A stretch of DNA of 32,827 bases from the NCBI RefSeq assembly GCF_001194135.2, contig NC_068983.1, positions 101,083,237-101,116,063 on the forward strand. Direction: 5' to 3'. Positions 10,024 to 21,302 of this stretch are shown here, piece after piece; position 1 is the first letter of the stretch, and each line of letters opens with the position of its first letter. This stretch comes from Octopus bimaculoides. Lineage: Eukaryota. The notes under the pieces are model-generated. The model had not been told where the DNA came from and searched no databases. It saw nothing but the letters and a program-made list of their open reading frames with translations. The position numbers and the translations under genes were made by a program.

Positions 10024-11053
10024 CTGCAATAACAAAAAGGCAAAATTATTCATTTTGAAAAACTGTTTTAAAACCATTATTTTGAATACTAAAGGGATAA
10101 AAATTCATACTTGTATTTCTATGCAACTATATTTATGCTGTTGAATAAATCTGAGCTAAGTCCATAACCTGATTTTTATTCCTGGTTGAAACTATTTCAT
10201 ATCATTTATGTTGCTAATGCACTTGGGAAAAATAAACACATTTCATTTTCTTCATCATTGTGAGGCCTTATGCCTTTAACATTATCTTTCACACTCTTCT
10301 GTGGTTGAAGAATAACTACCTGTCAATTAGTGAGGCTGATATAACCAACTATACCCCACTGCCAAAATTTGTGGCTTTGTACCTAAGATAGAAACATTTT
10401 ATAATAATTCTGCTTGTTCCTCCATTACTTAGCCCTTCAGTAATGTTTCCACACGATCAGTTGAAGGGGAGGGATGGAAGAGATGGGGAGGGAGAGGGAG
10501 AGGTGGTGGTGAGTGAAATGTGTAATTCTCTTTTTTGAATTAAGTTTTTTTCTGTTACTTAGCCCATCTATTACACTTTCACATGATTAGTAGATGGGGA
10601 AAGGTGAAGAGTGAAAGAAAAAGGAGAGAGAAAAAGGGAGTAAGGGGAAGAGTGAGAGTGTTGCGTATTAAGTCTATAAAATTGTGCATAAGGTATATAA
10701 AGTGTATATAAAAAGTGGATAAAGTAATCATTGTAGTCCAATTTCCTTCACTTTTCAATGATAAGCAGAAGAGTGACTATCTTTTGATACAGACACAACA
10801 CAGGCCATGCTTTCAGGTTTTTTGGATAAAGTTTTCAGAAATAACCCAATAAGTTTATCATTAATTCCATAAAATATTCACAGGACCCACTAGTTTGTTA
10901 TAATTTCATTTATAGCCATTGTACAGAGACAGAGGACAAGTGAAATTATAACAAGAATATCATACATTATATTTGCAAAAAATAATTTGACAAGGTAAAG
11001 GTACAAAAATGTAATATTCAACAGGTTACATGCTACAATATAGTTTCGAGTCA

Positions 11054-11269
11054 AAGGCAGTGAGCTGGCAGAAACATTAGCATGCCAGGTGAAATGCATA
11101 GTGGTATTTTGTCTGTCTTTATGTTCTAAGTTCAAATCCTGCCATGGTCAACTTTGCTTTTCATCCTTTCAGGTTTGATAAATTAAGTACCAGTTGCATA
11201 CTGGGGTTGATCTAATTGACTGGCCCCAACCTCCACAAAAATTTTGGGCCTTGTGCCTAGAGTAGAAAG
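11054..11269 (+). mobile_element. tRNA-derived SINE family A
   Basis: Full-length match to the reverse complement of 1741-1958. Confidence 0.85.
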
Positions 11270-11416
11270 CACAATGAAGGATGTGAACAGTGCTGGTAAG
11301 AAATTTCTTTTAGATTTTGTATGGCTTGAAGTCATAAGCTTTTATAGCAACCTAAATGAACTGATCGCATCTGCAGTCGCTTAAGTCTTCATATGCCATA
11401 GTTTTGATATCACTAT

Positions 11417-11741
11417 TGTAGTGTTATGAGCCAGGCTGTGTTGTAGGGGAAGATTGGAAGTGAGGGAGTAAGCATGTCCTGTCGGAAGTGGGGCCTCACC
11501 ATGGCCCTTCTGGCCATGGTGAGCATGCAGGGTCAGCGAGGCACGAGGAGTTAGTCAGCAGTGAACAGCGCATCAGAGCAGACATGTTAGACTGTACAGC
11601 AATGGATAGCACATGTGGACGTTGAGTGAATCTTGCAGATTGAGACAGAGTACGTGGATGTTAAAAGCAACCCTTTTCTGGACCAACAGGTAAGACTACC
11701 GCAATTCTCTCTTTGCTTCCGTCTTCTTTCTTTACATCACA
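11417..11741. mobile_element. Solo LTR (325 bp) with 5-bp target-site duplication
   Basis: ACTAT|TGTAGTG ... CATCACA|ACTAT: TG...CA termini, imperfect terminal inverted repeat, GC-richer than the flanks. Confidence 0.75.
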
Positions 11742-12286
11742 ACTATTTCTCAATTTTTATATTTGGCTAGTTTATGAAACTCTGTCACAGAGACATTATT
11801 ACTCGAGGAATATTTATATTTTCAGTTACTGGTGCACAGGCTAGCTATTTTACAAATAATACCAGACCATTATCATATCCATGAAACAGATTCTCCTGAT
11901 TAGATCAGTATTTTAGATTTCTCAGAGTCAATTCACAAAGCCTAGTTCCAAATAAATACTTTCTATGAGCCAAGAGATAAACGACAAAACATGTATTTTT
12001 ATTAGTCACAAAAGTGAAAATCATAACACAGAAGTTATTAGTAAACTGAAACCATAACACCATTTAATTTCCAGTGTGAACAACTTCACCTTTGCTGCTA
12101 ATTTTCTTGAAAAGTTTAAAAACTAAAACTTTCCATTTCTGTATCTTCAGACTTATGAAATAGAGGTTCCATATTTATTGAAGCAACTATGAATGAGTTA
12201 TTCTCTAAACAAAGAAGTTTTCAATGTAAAACTGTAGTAGGTGAGTAAAAATATTATTTGGAATAGAAATATATGATGGTATATAC

Positions 12287-12427
12287 CTCAAGCATGCGTT
12301 TTATTTCATTGATGGCATGAAATTGTTTGTCTGTATGGCTTTTTTCAGTTTGATCAGCTGCAGAAATATTGCTGCTCACTAACTCACTCATCAACAGAGG
12401 GTCTTCAATATAACTATCAAAGAATAC
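12287..12427 (-). CDS. Host gene exon 7: VFFDSYIEDPLLMSELVSSNISAADQTEKSHTDKQFHAINEIKRMLE
   Basis: Acceptor tatttattatag, donor GAG|gtatat; 141 nt, phase 0/0. Confidence 0.8.
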
Positions 12428-12671
12428 CTATAATAAATACAGCAATTATGATAGGAATATTTCAAGAAACATTCAATGGCAGCAAGTAGTAACATTAAAC
12501 AACCAAAAGAAATTTTAAAATGGGTGTCAAAGAAGTGAGTCAACCAGTAAGTCAAAGAAATTAACAAGAGAATACAAGCTGAAAAGAAACCCCCTCACCA
12601 GGGCCCTCATTTTTACCCAAGAAATGCATGGTATCTTTCTTAATTTATATATATATATAAAAGTGAAATCG

Positions 12672-13030
12672 GGATGGCACCTGTGCCCAGCGTCGCCTTT
12701 CTGGCACTTGTGCCTGTAGCATGTGTAAGGACTTTTGAGCAAGATCGTTGCCAGTGCCCCTGGACTGGCTCTTGTGCGGGAGGCACATAAAATACACCAT
12801 TTGAGCGTGGCCGTTGCCAGTACTGCCTGACTGGCCTTCGTGCCAGTGGCACGTAAAAGCACCCACTACACTCTCTGAGTGGTTGGCATTAGGAAGGGCA
12901 TCCAGCTGTAGAAACTCTGCCAAATCAGATTGGAGCCTGGTGTAGCCATCTGGTTTCACCAGTCCTCAGTCAAATCGTCCAACCCATGCTAGCATGGAAA
13001 GCGGACGTTAAATGATGATGATGATGATGA
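12672..13030 (+). mobile_element. RTE family 1 3' end fragment
   Basis: Same repeat units, AGGAAGGGCATCCAGCTGTAG motif and (GAT)n tail; 5' flank is (TA)n. Confidence 0.85.
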
Positions 13031-13082
13031 TATAAACATACAGACATATATAAATGTATGTATATAAGTATGTGCGTATATA

Positions 13083-13262
13083 TCTTTTATCTTTTACTTG
13101 TTTCAGGCTTTAAACTGTGGCTATGCTGGGGCACTGCCTTGAGGAATTTTTTAGTCAGACTAATTGACCCCAGTATTTATTTTCTATTTAAGCATGGTAC
13201 TTATTCTGTTGGTCTCTTTTGCTGAACTGCTAAATTACAGGCATGTAAACACACTAACACAT
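13083..13262 (-). mobile_element. SINE family C 3' half
   Basis: Reverse complement of the 20070-20285 body and tail (GAAACAAGTAAAAGATAAAAGA). Confidence 0.7.
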
Positions 13263-13269
13263 GCATTTG

Positions 13270-13601
13270 TGAGGGCACATAGCCTTGTGGTTAGGGAGTT
13301 GTACTTACGATTATGAGATCATGATCTCAATTCCCTGAGTGGGCAGTGCATTGTGTTTTTGAGTAAAAACACTTCAACTCAAGTTGCTCTGCAATCACTT
13401 CAACATCTGATATGTGGCACACTGTGCCTCTCAACAGATAATGTTAATTTGACTGAGGGAGTGAGTTAACGTACAGCACTAACATTTGATCACTATAAGT
13501 AAGAAATTTGCGAAAGTTGTTCAGCAAGAAATTGTGGAACCCTCATCTATCATCTACAATAGGGGAGTCCATCATGATCATGATCATGATCATGATCATG
13601 A
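13270..13601 (+). mobile_element. tRNA-derived SINE (family B-like head) with (ATCATG)n tail
   Basis: A-box-like TAGCCTTGTGG, degenerate B box, TTGAGTAAAAACACTT CORE-like segment; ends in an ATCATG repeat followed by (GT)n. Confidence 0.55.
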
Positions 13602-13632
<31 letters not shown>

Positions 13633-13666
13633 CACATGCAAGTGAACATTTAGAGAGTATAGATAC

Positions 13667-14014
13667 ACCTTTTACTTTTCACCTGTTTCAGTTATTAGAC
13701 TGTGACCATGCTGGAGCATGGTCTTGAAAATTTTTTAGACAAATGAATCAACGCCAGGACCTATTTTTCGTTAAGTTTAATGCTTATTCTATCAATGTCT
13801 TTTTACCAAACTGTTAAGTTATGAGGATGTAAACACACCAACACCAATCGTCAAACAGTGGTGGGGGACAAACAGAAACACAAAAACACACACATACACA
13901 ATGAGCTTCTTTCAGGAGGCTATAGTAGAAAACAGTTGCTCAAAATGCTACACAGTGGGACTAAACCTGGAATGATATAGTTGGGAAGCAAGCTGCTTCC
14001 CACACAGCCACACC
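13667..14014 (-). mobile_element. SINE family C, near full length
   Basis: Head GTGTGGCTGTGTGGGAAGCAGCTTGCTT..CCAGGTTTAGTCCCACTG plus the same body and tail as 19909-20285. Confidence 0.75.
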
Positions 14015-14487
14015 CTTTTTTTTTACTGGCTTACTCAGAAGTGGAAAGGCATCTATGACCATTGCTAAGCCCCCAAAACTGATGGAAAAAAAGGAGAAGG
14101 GAAATTATGATAAAATAGGTTGCTGTAGCAGAAAAAAATGTATCCAAAGATCACATTAACTTCAGACCAGAACTCTCATCAGAATGATTGCACCATGATA
14201 AACTCTAAAACAAAGTAAAACTAAAAGCCACCGGGGGCGGCGGTTAAACCAGGTGATAGATTAGATCTAACTAATTGATGAGTGTGTGTGTGTGTCTGTG
14301 TGTTTGTGAATTCACATGTGTGTTGTGCTTCTTTGTCTTGGCATCAAATGATAGTTGTAAATGAGCATCACTGTCATACAAAAGAGTATCATTCATTTCC
14401 TCTCTACCCTGAAAATATGTCTGGTTATGGAGATATTGACTTGCTTAGAAACAAATGAATGATGAGAACAGGAAGGCTATCCAGCTG

Positions 14488-14546
14488 TATGAGGTGGCAT
14501 CAACAAGTTCCTGGACTAGTTCTGTAACATGCCAACAGATGGCAGT
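14488..14546 (+). mobile_element. Possible mariner-type terminal fragment
   Basis: TA(T)GAGGTGGCATCAACAAGTTCCTGGACTAGT resembles TA|CGAGG...AAAAGTTCC mariner ends; no partner end found. Confidence 0.35.
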
Positions 14547-15036
14547 TTTTCTTAACTGCTTTCCCTCTGGCTAAATAAACCTGTCTCCTAGCTTCCTTTC
14601 TGGCAGTCTGATACAATTCCCTGCTGCCATCATTTTTCCAGTCCTTCCAAGCCTGTTTTTTTTCCCTAATGGCCCTGTCAACAACATTGTTCCACCACCA
14701 CATTACCTTGGGTCGAGAGGGGACTTTGCACCATCCACAGATCTGGTCAGTGGCCCTCAGCAGGTTGTCCCGTAGAAACCTCCAGTTGTCTTCCACATCA
14801 TGTGATACTATATCCCCCTCTATTTCGTCAAAAACTTAAGTAATACGTATCTAAATCTCTGTCCATTCACAGGATCTTTAAGCTTCCAGACACTTCTCCT
14901 CTATGCTGGTTATCTTCTGGGCATCTATTTAGTCCTGATCCTGAAGTCGCTAACTACTAGTCCATGTTGTGGGGTGCATTCTTTGCCTGGGAAGGTTTTG
15001 GCATTTATAAGCAGCCATCTTTCCCTATTTCTGATG
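14547..15036 (-). mobile_element. RTE family 1 internal fragment (end of APE plus linker)
   Basis: WRFLRDNLLRATDQICGWCKVPSRPKVMWWWNNVVDRAIREKK, homologous to 7350-7800. Confidence 0.9.
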
Positions 15037-15229
15037 TTATCCAAGGGAAAGGCAAAGGGCAATACAGCTTAGCACCAGTGATGTCGCAACTCATTTCTAC
15101 AGCTGAGTTAACTGGAGCGACGTGAAATAAAGTGTCTTGCTCAAGAACACGACACGCAGCCCAGTCCGGGAATCAAACTTACAACCTCATGATCGTAAGC
15201 TCGACGCTCTAACCACTGAGCCATGCGCC

Positions 15230-15232
<3 letters not shown>
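15031..15232 (-). mobile_element. tRNA/CORE-like SINE family B, 3'-truncated
   Basis: A box TGGCTCAGTGG, B box GTTTGATTCC, TTCTTGAGCAAGACACTTTA...CAGCTGTAGAAATGAG resembling the MIR CORE domain. CORE-SINEs are reported in octopus; the family name was not verified. Confidence 0.85.
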
Positions 15233-15263
<31 letters not shown>

Positions 15264-15348
15264 CACACGCACACACACACGCACTCATATGATAGCATAG
15301 AAAATGGAATTAAAAAAAATGTAGCCTTATTTCAAAACAAGTGAATAC

Positions 15349-15486
15349 ATGTTTCTGGTCTTGATGACAGTATGAAAGCCCCATTTTCTGCATAGAATTC
15401 CATTCTGATAAGGCTATTTCCAACATCAGTTTTTCCACAGCTATTAGCTTTTCATTGTTGTTGGGTTTGATCTTGTAACAAATTTC
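15349..15486 (-). CDS. Host gene exon 6: EICYKIKPNNNEKLIAVEKLMLEIALSEWNSMQKMGLSYCHQDQKH
   Basis: Acceptor tttgtttatttttaag, donor CAT|gtattc; 138 nt, phase 0/0. Confidence 0.8.
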
Positions 15487-15570
15487 CTTAAAAATAAACA
15501 AAAAAAAAGTAAAGTAGTTATCAAAATTTTTCACAAAATCATTTAATACACACATACATATGCACGATTC

Positions 15571-15735
15571 TCTTAAGAGCCAGCGTTGTCACATTCTGTG
15601 TCATGCTGAATCTCCCTGAGAACTATATTAAGGGTAAGCATGTTTGTGGAGTGCTCAGCCACATGCACATTAATTTCACAAGCAAGCTATTCTGTTGATT
15701 GGATCTTTGTCATCATAAGCAACAGAGTGCCAAAC
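15571..15735 (+). mobile_element. SINE family D central/3' fragment
   Basis: GAGAACTATATTAAGGGTA...GGAGTGCTCAGCCAC...TAATTTCAC; reverse complement of 19250-19420. Confidence 0.7.
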
Positions 15736-16670
15736 TAAAGTTTCCTTCCATCTTTTTTGGAACCATTATATTTGTAAGCATTATAATTAATTCCCTTTTT
15801 TTATTTTCCTCTGAACAACTACCTGTTGATTGAAGCTTAACTATTTATCATCTTCAACAAATCACCAACAGCAAATCTAACATAAAACCTATGACTCAAC
15901 ACACTCAACAATTTCCTAAACTTCATATATTATCTCTAAAATAATACCAATATCTTTAATGTTATTATTAACTCTACCAGTCACACTATGACAAAACTGC
16001 TCATTTTAATTGGTGATGTTTTATTAATTTTTATACTGATTACCAACAACATTGGAGTTATTTCACATTTGACTATATATGGTCATGTATATCACAAATA
16101 TCTTTCTTGAAATAATATGGAGGGAGTTTTCTAATGATGTTCTATGGGCAATCACTACAATCCAAACTTTTCCATAAAGTCCCACAAAACTTTCCTTCCT
16201 CTTGGTGAAAGAAAACAAAAGTTTAGCAGCAATTGTTAACGTTCAAAGAAGGGACGTACTTTCAATTAATTTTTCCATAAAAAAATGTCAGCTAGTTTTT
16301 GTTGGTTGTTAAGAAGTGAATTTCAATGAATTAAGAATCTTTTTTGCATAGTATTCAGTACATCAGTCATTAACTTAATTATCTAAATCCATTCCATTGG
16401 TCCTTTGAGTTATTTCCCTTATGTCATTATATCTTTGAGCAATGAAATATATTTTGTATTTGAGAACCTGATAAGCTCCTTGGTTTACTTCAAATCCATT
16501 GGTTTGAAAATTGATCAATCTTTTCATCTTGATCTTTATTGCAATACAACAATATTAATAGGATACAAGCTCCTAACATGTCAGCTTAGTTACATTTATC
16601 ATTTTTATTAATTCATAAATTTGCAATAAATGTCACTTATAGAATTTATCTTAAAACAAATTTAGCTTAC

Positions 16671-16761
16671 TTGCATTAAATAGTTCAGGGTTCTTGGAAT
16701 CTGAGCAGCTAAAGCAAGAAATGGATGAAATTCTAGCAAATACAGAGGAAGAAGAGCAGAC
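16671..16761 (-). CDS. Host gene exon 5: (K)SALLPLYLLEFHPFLALAAQIPRTLNYLMQ
   Basis: Acceptor tttctttttttag, donor CAA|gtaagc; 91 nt, phase 2 in, phase 0 out. Confidence 0.9.
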
Positions 16762-17561
16762 CTAAAAAAAGAAATTAAGTTTTGACTCAATTTTTTTTTT
16801 ATTGTACTTGAAATAAAATTAGTTCTTGTTAAAAGAAATTTAATTTTAAATATAATTAAAAAAAAAGGTTGAAATAGCAATTTTTTTTCATAATTTTCAT
16901 AACTCATTATTCTTGTAAAATAATAAATTTAACTTGATTAAAACATTTCTTGCTTTTTAATTATTGTTTTTGGGTACTTCAATCATGTTCAACATGTTGA
17001 ATATATATTGTCCTTTCTTTCACCAAAATTGTTCAGAAATAAATCTTTTACATATAGTTCCTCTTCAGCCATAATTACTTTTTTCTTTTTGCAGCATGTT
17101 AACTGATGTAGAGGTAGTGTGTAAGTGTGTAAGTTAACAGAAATGGTTTAATCTCTAAAACAGGTGTTGGAATTTTCTGTTTTCTCAGAAAAACCTAACC
17201 TACAATTATTATAACATCTTTTTTTAATGGTTAACTTTCTTTTAATGATTCACTAATTGGTCATCCTGAGATGTAACCATCAATAATTTTGCATAACTAC
17301 ATAATCTAAAAAAGGATAGATTGCATCATAAAAACTGGCTTTTCAATTTAGAGTCAGAAAATACTTCAACCTCCAATAGCTACTAATCTTCTGAGGTGGG
17401 ACCCAAAATGGGGTACTGCTACCACATCTAGAACAGTGCTGCTGCTACAAACACAGACATCCCAGACTGCATATAAAGAAAGGCCAATCAAGTATTGGCA
17501 TGAATTTAAAAAAAAGTAAAAATAAATAATGATATTGATATTTTATTATTTCATCAATTTT

Positions 17562-17679
17562 GTTCACATTTATATCATGTTGGAAATGTCAGTTCTCGTT
17601 TGATCACCAAAGTTAAGTAATATCAATCCTAGTTTGTATTTAGGTGGATGACCACTTGCGAAATCTAGATATTGTGAGC
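17562..17679 (+). pseudogene. Degenerate 5S rRNA copy (pseudogene or SINE3 head)
   Basis: Colinear over ~118 nt with animal 5S rRNA as recalled (GTTCTCGT..GATCACC.AAGTTAAG...GT..TT.G.TGG.TGACC...TG.GAA); most differences look like C>T or G>A decay. Confidence 0.75.
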
Positions 17680-18134
17680 ACAGACCTTAATTTTATTGTC
17701 AGGTGTCTGACACTAAAACTAATTTAATTCTATCACAAACTGTTAGAGGCACCTACTACTAGTATGTAGTCCAGTATTACATGCTCATGATTGAGTAATC
17801 AGCAACTAAGCCAGCCCCCTTACTGGACTTGCCCCATGAAAAGGGTGTGTAGGAATCCAGGAAAATTAAAAAAACAAAACCTGTCAAAGGGGGATGAGAT
17901 TTTTGAGAGCCAGAAGCACCACATCCTAGGGAGGGTATGGGCACCACCAGGAATACAAAGTCCAAGCAAATACTTGAATGGAAGGTATACCAATGCTAAA
18001 GTCTATACCAAGCAGGTAAAGGCCTAAAAGCCCATGAAAGAGAGAGAGGTGGGGAAAGAGTGATAAAAAATATTCAAGTGCTCCAATGGCAGTAATATGA
18101 TGGGAATGATTTGACTTCAATATTAAGAGGTAAA

Positions 18135-18347
18135 AGGGTAGTGAGCTGGTAGAATCATTAGCACACTGGGCAAGATGCTTAGTGGCACTTCATCCATATA
18201 TGTTCTGAGTTCAAATTCTGCTAAGATCAACTTTGCCTTTCATTCTTTCAGGGTTGATAAAATAAGTACCAGTTAGGTACTGGGGTTGATGTAACCAACT
18301 TACCCTAACCCCTAAATTGCTGGCCTTGTGCCAAAATTTGAAACCAA
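18135..18347 (+). mobile_element. tRNA-derived SINE family A
   Basis: GTGAGCTGGTAGAA, GTTCAAATTC and TTTCATTCTTTCAGGGTTGATAAAATAAGTACC. Confidence 0.85.
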
Positions 18348-18483
18348 TTTCAAGTAGAAAAAAAAAGGAGGTAATTTAAGTTGAGAATGGCGGAGAAAAT
18401 TAACAGGTATATTACAGGTCATTTCACTGTTAAACAACATATACCAATTAAAGTTTTGTGTCACAATGTTGGTGAAGACTTAC

Positions 18484-18587
18484 TTGTTGGTGTGAATTTT
18501 AATTAATGTTCCTTCAGTAATAGAAGATGGTATGCCAAATGTTCGTTTTCGACAACATTTTTGAATATACTCTCTATCATCTTCAAT
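18484..18587 (-). CDS. Host gene exon 4: IEDDREYIQKCCRKRTFGIPSSITEGTLIKIHTN(K)
   Basis: Acceptor tttcaatttctag, donor CAA|gtaagt; 104 nt, phase 0 in, phase 2 out. Confidence 0.9.
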
Positions 18588-18712
18588 CTAGAAATTGAAA
18601 GGTATAAAAGGAGTTACAGGAGCATTAAACTAAAATTTAAAGTAGCAGTAAATTTTACATTAAACTGGATAATCAGTAATTGTCAAATTTTCAAAATTTA
18701 ATCAATTGGTAC

Positions 18713-19240
18713 TTAACCTTTTAGCATCTAAACTGGCCATATCTGGTGCATATGAAGGTGCATGGCTCAGTGGTTAAAGCATTGGGCTCAATCATGAGGT
18801 TGTGAGTTCGATTCTCAGACCAGGCTGTGTGTTGTGTTCTTGAGCAAGACACTTTATTTCATGTTGCTCCAGTTCACTCAGCTGTAGAAATGAGTTGTAA
18901 CATCATTGGTGCCAAGCTGTATTGGCCTTTGCCTTCCCTTGGACAACATCAGTGGTGTGGAGAGTAAAGGCTGGTATGTATGGGCAAGTGCTGGTCTTCC
19001 ATAAACAAATTTGTTCAGATTTGTGCTTTGGAAGGAAACTTTCTAAGTACAATCCCATGGTCATTCATGACCAAATGGGTCTTTACCCTTTTATTTGTTG
19101 CAAATATTCCACTTGTTTTTATGTTCAAACCAGCGAGATCTGACATCCCGCTCCTACCCAACAACATAATTCTAAAAATAAAGAATTGCATCATTGAAAT
19201 CTCAAAGCTATGAAATAGTGCATAATTAATTCAAAGCATG
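18713..19240. mobile_element. piggyBac-like MITE copy C, interrupted by SINE insertions
   Basis: TTAA|CCTTTTAGCATCTAAACTGGCCATATCTGG matches the start of copy B; homology resumes at ~19100 (AAATATTCCACTTG...TCTAAAAAT...ATTAATTC) after the SINE. Confidence 0.7.
18754..19092 (+). mobile_element. tRNA/CORE-like SINE family B, full length
   Basis: A box TGGCTCAGTGG, B box GTTCGATTCT, CORE-like segment; nested inside MITE C. Confidence 0.85.
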
Positions 19241-19570
19241 CCCCAGTTGCGTGTTGGCACTTCATTGCTTACGACGTCGAGGGTTCCAGTTGATTCGATC
19301 AATGGAACAGCCTGCTCGTGAAATTAACGTGCAAGTGGCTGAGCACTCCACAGACACGTGTACCCTTAACGTAGTTCTTGGGGATATTCAGCGTGACAGT
19401 GTGACAAGGCTGGCCATTTGAATTACAGGCACAACAGGAAGTAAGAGTGAGAGAAAGTTGTGGTGGAAGAGTACAGCAGGGTTCACCACCATCCCCTGCC
19501 GGAGCCTCGTGGAGTTTTAAGTGTTTTCGCTTAATAAACATTCACAACGCCCGGTCTAGGAATCGAAACC
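19241..19570 (-). mobile_element. tRNA-derived SINE family D (head runs into a gap)
   Basis: B box GGTTTCGATTCC at 19570, body shared with 15571-15735; many CpGs retained, so likely young. Confidence 0.75.
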
Positions 19571-19908
19571 NNNNNNNNNNNNNNNNNNNNNNNNNNNNNN
19601 NNNNNNNNNNNNNNNNNNNNNNNNNNNNNNNNNNNNNNNNNNNNNNNNNNNNNNNNNNNNNNNNNNNNNNNNNNNNNNNNNNNNNNNNNNNNNNNNNNNN
19701 NNNNNNNNNNNNNNNNNNNNNNNNNNNNNNNNNNNNNNNNNNNNNNNNNNNNNNNNNNNNNNNNNNNNNNNNNNNNNNNNNNNNNNNNNNNNNNNNNNNN
19801 NNNNNNNNNNNNNNNNNNNNNNNNNNNNNNNNNNNNNNNNNNNNNNNNNNNNNNNNNNNNNNNNNNNNNNNNNNNNNNNNNNNNNNNNNNNNNNNNNNNN
19901 NNNNNNNN

Positions 19909-20021
19909 ATTCCAGGCTCAGTCCCACTGCATGGCACCTTGGGCAAGTGTCTTCTAGTATAGCCTTGGGCTGACCAAAACCTTCTGAGTGGATTTGGTAG
20001 ACAGAAACTAAATGAAGACTG

Positions 20022-20066
<45 letters not shown>

Positions 20067-20285
20067 CGCATGTGTGTCTGCACTTGTCCACCACCACCGC
20101 TTGCCAACTGGTGGTGGTGTGTTTACATCCCCTATAACTTAGTGGTTTGGCAAAAGAGAACAATAGAATAAATACTAGGCTTCAAAAAAGTAAGTCCTAG
20201 GGTCAATTTGTTTGACTAAAACCCTTCAAGGTGATGCCTCAGCATGGCTCACAGTCAAATGATTGAAATAAGTAAAAGATAAAAG
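19909..20285 (+). mobile_element. SINE family C with internal (TG)n(CG)n tract
   Basis: CAGTCCCACTGCATGGCACCTTGGGCAAGTGTCTTCTA head, central microsatellite, tail GAAATAAGTAAAAGATAAAAGA. Confidence 0.85.
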
Positions 20286-20574
20286 ATCAACAGAATACTG
20301 TATATTGCAGAGAATTAATGATTCAGGTTTCTGTGATTTCATTGTTATGCTAATATTGTTGGAGCATTGCATGTGTTTTACATATTGATAGAGACTATAT
20401 AAGGTGATTACCAGTTGTTCAATGCCAGGGCTTGGCTATTCAGTTGAATGAAGTTGCTGAATGTGAAAGACTGCCCACAACTACAGTTTTACTTGGATAA
20501 ACTTAGTATGACATGACAATAATATTGCTTGATGATGCAATGAACTTTGTTTATAACAATAATACTAAAAATAA

Positions 20575-20790
20575 TTATTATTTCTACTATAGGCACAAGG
20601 CCTGAAGTTTTGTGGGAGAGACTGGTTGATTACATCTACCCCAGAGCTCAAATGGTACTTATTTTATTGATCCCAAAATGATGAAAGGTGTAGTCAACCT
20701 TGATGGAATTTGAAATCAGAACATAAAGCCAGAAGAAATACTACTGAGCATTTTGTCTGGCATGCTAATGATTCTGCAAGTTCACCAGCC
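20575..20790 (-). mobile_element. tRNA-derived SINE family A
   Basis: Degenerate match to 1741-1958. Confidence 0.75.
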
Positions 20791-20912
20791 AGGTAATAAC
20801 AATATTAATAACAAGTCCATTGTTAATAACAATGAACTTCCACCTGATGCCATAAGTTTAGCTGCAATACTTTGCTGTTAAGGCAAAAATGAAAGAACTT
20901 CTGGACATTAGA

Positions 20913-21030
20913 ATAAGTACCAGGCTTAAAAACAATAAGTACAGGGGTCGATTCATTCAGCTAAAAATTCTTCAAGGCAGTGCCCCAGCATAGCTACAGT
21001 TTAATGATTGGAACAAGTAAAAGATAAAAG
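20913..21030 (+). mobile_element. SINE family C tail fragment
   Basis: GAATAAGTACCAGG...GGGGTCGATT...CCAGCATAGC...AACAAGTAAAAGATAAAAGA. Confidence 0.65.
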
Positions 21031-21302
21031 ACAGAAGATAAAGATGTCATATACTGGACTTAGACTGAACTCTAATTTGCTTGTTGTACTGGGCTTTGTG
21101 ACACACAACCAAGTACCAAGACTAGCCACAGAATAATATTGTATGTGAGGTCTTTGATAAGGTCTGTTTGTTAAAACTCAAAGAATTACAAAAACCATTA
21201 CATCCATAACAAAATTCATTATTTTTTTTTTAGGAAAACAATCATATACATAAATAAATCCCACCTTTTTTTGCAAAAAATTATTTCTTTTGAGAAACTT
21301 AC

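Noticed and set aside
12388-12427. 40-nt version of exon 7 using the GTGAGT donor
   Set aside because: It leaves phase 1 with no compensating exon found; the 141-nt version restores the frame. Kept only as a possible alternative site.
15160-15232. tRNA genes at SINE heads (also 18754, 11054, 31467)
   Set aside because: A and B boxes are present but there is no complete cloverleaf, and each continues into a repeated SINE body.
16140-16640. Possible decayed transposase in an AT-rich tract (ORF 16405-16611)
   Set aside because: No convincing motif in any frame; composition alone explains the ORF.
19447-20107. Long ORFs here and at 28059-29077, 24989-25377 and 31443-31787
   Set aside because: They run through N gaps, so their lengths are artefacts.
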